Source: Lytechinus pictus (taxonomy: Eukaryota). Taken from it: a stretch of DNA of 64,000 nt. The notes under the pieces are model-generated. The model saw only the letters and a list, made by a program, of their open reading frames with translations, was not told the DNA's origin and did not search any database. Below are positions 59,601-64,000 of this stretch, piece after piece (position 1 is the first letter of the stretch; each line of letters begins with the position of its first letter). Both the position numbers and the translations under genes were made by a program. The DNA is taken from the NCBI RefSeq assembly GCF_037042905.1, contig NC_087251.1, positions 11,782,001 through 11,846,000 of the forward strand, given 5' to 3'.

Positions 59601-62600
59601 TAATTCTTAATAAAAAAATGAATACACCATCCAAGACAATACCTATTGTATTCTAGTTTATTCCATCTCTTCTACAACAGAAAAGTAGTCATGACCAATG
59701 GGGAAAAAATCACAAAAAACATTTCTTCTCTTTTCACTCATCTCTCTCTCTCTTCTACTATATACAAATTCTCAATGAGTTTTATGAATTGATAGACAAT
59801 TATAGACTACTACACTGACTCCTTGATACTGATAAAAGAATCACTGTACAGCTCAGAACGAGGAATATCTACACAAGACAAATAAACAAGATAAGCAAAG
59901 AAAATGGTCCATTCAGACACAACACAGTAAATGGTTTGTAACTTGCAAGTGACAAATGTGCTGAATTATAAAAGATATCTGTTAAGGCCAGAACACACCA
60001 TACTATTGATTTGCAACCCAATAGCAATAAATTATTGTAAAATTTAATGAGGATATTGAGACATGAAACATCTTACTGTTTAAAAATCATTGTACGAATA
60101 CTTATGTTCACATCTGAGACTATGCTACCATCCTTATTAGAATATAAGCAAACTGAATATTTAGTCGTAATGACATCGTAGGAATCGTACGATTGGCTAC
60201 GATTGGAACCCAATTGGGATTTTACTTCAAAACTTAACGCAATCATAAAATATGGTTGAATTAATATTCTTACAGTTAATTTGAACCTCAAATAAAAAGA
60301 TACTTTTCATTCATGTTCTCAGAAAATGAGCAAAATGCGATTTGTTCTAAAATTGGATCGTGAACCATTTGTAAAGTGTGCGGTGGCATTTAAGCACTTA
60401 CAGACGTTGCCCATATATGAAAGCAAACCATTATTATAATTCATAAAGTTCAAACCATGATCTGAATATTTATGGCATTCCTTTGTATTACTTAGCAATG
60501 GATATCAACTGGCTAGAGTATTCATACCTTATTGCTGAAGCAATTTACGAAAATTTACTGTGATATGTAAGATTGGACCTTTCTACCAGGCCTCCAAGTA
60601 GGTTGTGCAATAACAGACTTGATACACTATGCAATACAACAAAAAACGTGGAATACATGGATACTTGCATATCTGGGTACCCTACTATGTGAATAAATAC
60701 TACCAGATGTTATGCATCAATGCATTCAAAATCCTAGACATTTAAAATGCTGTTACATCTTGTTTTCTCAACATTATTTTCAAACAAATCAGAAGTTGTC
60801 CCTTTAAGAAGAAGGCTCTACACATAACAAGTATACAGGGCCACGTAATGGTGTCCCAAGTCAAATAAATCTTATACACAGTAAATTGATCTAGTCAAGT
60901 AGTTTTCCCACTACACAATAAACTCAACACTTTCCACAAACTAACTTTTTGGTATCGAATTCAGTAAAAGGGCACAATATGTGCAAATAAATAGACAGTA
61001 ATAGAATAATAAGTGTTGATTGAGAGGTTGGGCTATCTTTATTGATCTTATGCAATTAAAATACCAATCTCCCAAATTACAATATAAAATTTCATGTAAT
61101 ATCACTTTTTAGGGCCAAAGATAGGTACTTTTTAAAGAACACACCCCCCTTCCCCCATCTTCACCTCTTCAGCAAATTACTTCTTGTAAACAAAAAGAGA
61201 AATGAAAGAGGGCATGTTTTCATTGAGGCTTCTTTTGTAAGTTACAATATTTACAAGCAGTACTGGTCATGGCACCCGAAAAGCTTTTTTGCGCTGCTCA
61301 TTGTATAATTGATTTTCAGTCTTGATTGTACACTGTGGTCAATGCAATCACTCATGAAAATTTGTTCTGCGATCAATTGCTAAGCATTGTGTCACTACGC
61401 CCTCAAGGTAGGTATTGACCATTTCCATCACTTACTTACAAATTTGAAATATCCAATTATGATATACTTTAAAGCAATTCATCACGTCCTTGGTGACATT
61501 CTCTTTTTTCTTTATTTACCTGGCCTAACACTGTAAAGCACATGTAGACATTTTTAAGCTGGAATATCGGAAAAGACTTTTTTCATTTTTTTTTATCAAC
61601 ACAAGAATTTTTCTAATGATGATGTCATGAGAGTCCACTGATCTAAGAGCCAGATCTTAGTATATGTATCTACCTATATGCAACTACAACCATATCAACA
61701 TTTTATCTCTGAATACTATTCATACACCACCAGTACATATACCTTAAGTATAGTACTTAATAACAAGGTAATACACATACATGATCATTTTGGCATTACT
61801 CTTATTTTCATAAACAATTTTGAAACATTAATAATTGTTCAAAAATAATCAAAGTACAATAGTTTAATCTAGCACTACTGCTCTGCTTCTACATAATTAT
61901 ACAACATGCGTATTCTAATTTTTTTTTATACTTTACATTATTAGTTTTCACCAAGGCAAAGTCTGATTAGTACATCATTAAAGCATTATTGCAGATACTG
62001 CTAAAGGCATACATGTACTTTAAAAATCTTACACAACGATTTCAGATACAATACAAAGTATTTCTCAATATTGTTAGTTGGTACTTGTACATCTAGAGAA
62101 CATGTTAAGTCTTGATTAAATAATTTATTAACTGATTGAGTATATGATTTTTCAAATAAATGAATGCCTTTGTCAAAGGCAGTACACCTTTTACAACTGC
62201 AAATCCTCTCAGTTCAAGAGTAAATGATACATGATCATTGCAAACAGGTAACAATAAAATGGATATTAACATGCAGATATGTCTTTTTAATGAGAGGTTT
62301 ATAAAATCTCTCATTGCAAATTTGAAAACATTCCAAATGACTGATATGTATATCTAGAAGTACACTGACACCCATTATTATATGTAATATTTCAACATTA
62401 GGCATGTCAATGAGGGGGGGGGGGGTGTCAGACATAGAGTTAAAGTCATGTATAAGGTTTTATGACAGCACAGTAGTGCCATTCAATTAAATATGATCCA
62501 ACCTTAAGAGTGGTGTGTTCTAATTGCTCGCAACTAACGAAATAAGTGCAACTTTAATTTACACTCAACTCTGTGACCCCCCTCCCCTCCCCCAACCTGT

Positions 62601-63283
62601 TGTAGTCTACAATGCAAGACATCCCAATACAAATAAAAATGTCTGCAAGTGAGACTACAACAGAAAAGGGAGAAAACGGGTTTAGGGTTCCATTCCACTG
62701 GCAATATACAAAATACAAAAACCAAATTCCATCATATATGTATCTGCACCTTCTACATCTTATACAAAATGTTCAAATTTAATTTACAGACTAATCAAGA
62801 ATTAAGTACAGTTCTAAAAAGCATCAACTTAGAAACAAAGTCAACGATGATAATAATGCTCATGAATAGTATTATGCTGACCAATTTCTCTTAATATACA
62901 AGAGATAGACATTTCAAAAATACAAATCAATAAATTTTGCTCAATTCAAATTTTGTTACCGGATACATATTACAAATAAGCAGTCATAATCATATCACCT
63001 GAAATGCAAATTAAAGTTATATTATCATGATTGTCCATACATACACATAGAAAAAATGAAAACAAACATTGCCCCAATTTTTCTTTTAAGAATTACAATG
63101 ACTAAATCAATTCATTAAACATGTAGAGTAATTCAAAAACATATCTCTCTTCGTAAAAACTCTAGATGTGTGAGCTAACATGTCATTACACTCGCTGATA
63201 AAGCTTAAGTTTCAGAAAATATAAATCATAACCATCATTTTCTTCCCCAATCAATGACGAAGTCTCGCTTTTAAATTAAGTAA

Positions 63284-64000
63284 GAACTAGAATTTTAATT
63301 TGTCTTGAGGACGAATTAGGTGATCTGTCTGTCATTCTCATGATCACGATCTAATTTTTGATCATTATAACCATGTCAATGCAGATCAATATGATCATCA
63401 TGATAATAAACGGACTTTTATTATCGAAAGAACATATTAAATGCAGCTGAAAGACACAAAATTAGGCTGTGTAAAAGATCTTGTTTTATTCGAGAATGCC
63501 AAATGCAATTTCGCAAGTGACTACACGAAATAATGTTGTCGGAATCCATGAATGTAGAATCAAGTTTTGAGAAAAATCAGTACTACTAGAGGTTACACAC
63601 AAATACCTGAACAAAAAAAAAAAAACATTGTCAAGTGAGTTTCGAACCAAAGACCTTCGCATTGCAAGACAGGTGCGCTATCCATTAGACCACAAAGCTT
63701 CTCATACTCTTATCGTTCAAAGAATGAATATTATCTCAAATTGACTTATGACAGTGAAAATTGGCATTGTGATATGCCTCTATAAATTCTTTATTTTGAG
63801 GATAAATAATTAATATAAATGGAAATTTTTGAAAATATTTAGTAAGAGGATAGGCTCAGCTACAATATGTCGAAATCTGGGCGAAAAATGACCAACAACT
63901 ACGGAGTTATTGTCATATTTGCAAAATTATTAAAACGTCATAAAACAAAAATGGAAAATTTTAGTTCCGACGCCATTTTGATGACGTCATGATAAAATTT
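63284..64000 (-). mobile_element. Diverged copy of the 43849-45338 family, running off the window edge
   Basis: CTAGAATTTTAATTTGTC..AATTAGGTGATCTGTCTGT and the downstream sequence match the reverse complement of ~45338-44600. Confidence 0.7.

Noticed and set aside
59600..63280. Additional gene at the right end of the window
   Set aside because: No credible exon or ORF found; it could be the 3' UTR of a gene outside the window, but nothing here supports a call.

Overview
AT-rich, intron-containing animal genomic DNA. The repeat content and gene sequences suggest an invertebrate deuterostome, probably a sea urchin (inference). I reconstructed two spliced genes by hand, lying head-to-head about 1 kb apart. 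(1) ACTR10, the dynactin actin-related protein, on the minus strand: 10 coding exons, 30647->7025, 423 aa, with one U12-type AT-AC intron and a 15.3-kb first intron full of repeats. (2) A leishmanolysin-family (M8) membrane metalloprotease most like CIROP/LMLN2, on the plus strand: 17 coding exons, 31678->51933, about 786 aa, with a juxtamembrane SEA-like domain. The rest is mobile DNA: a decayed APE/RT/RNase H LINE, tRNA-type SINEs, several MITE families, Helentron-like elements, hairpin-bearing Crypton-like elements, and three tandem arrays (32, 110 and 180 bp units). The most unusual observations are a short SINE-like element with a 7SL (Alu-domain) head and (CA)n tail, a Penelope-type minimal hammerhead ribozyme inserted in a satellite, a satellite carried inside a TSD-bounded transposon, and a CIROP-like gene in an apparent invertebrate. 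Most short ORFs in the supplied track are spurious.
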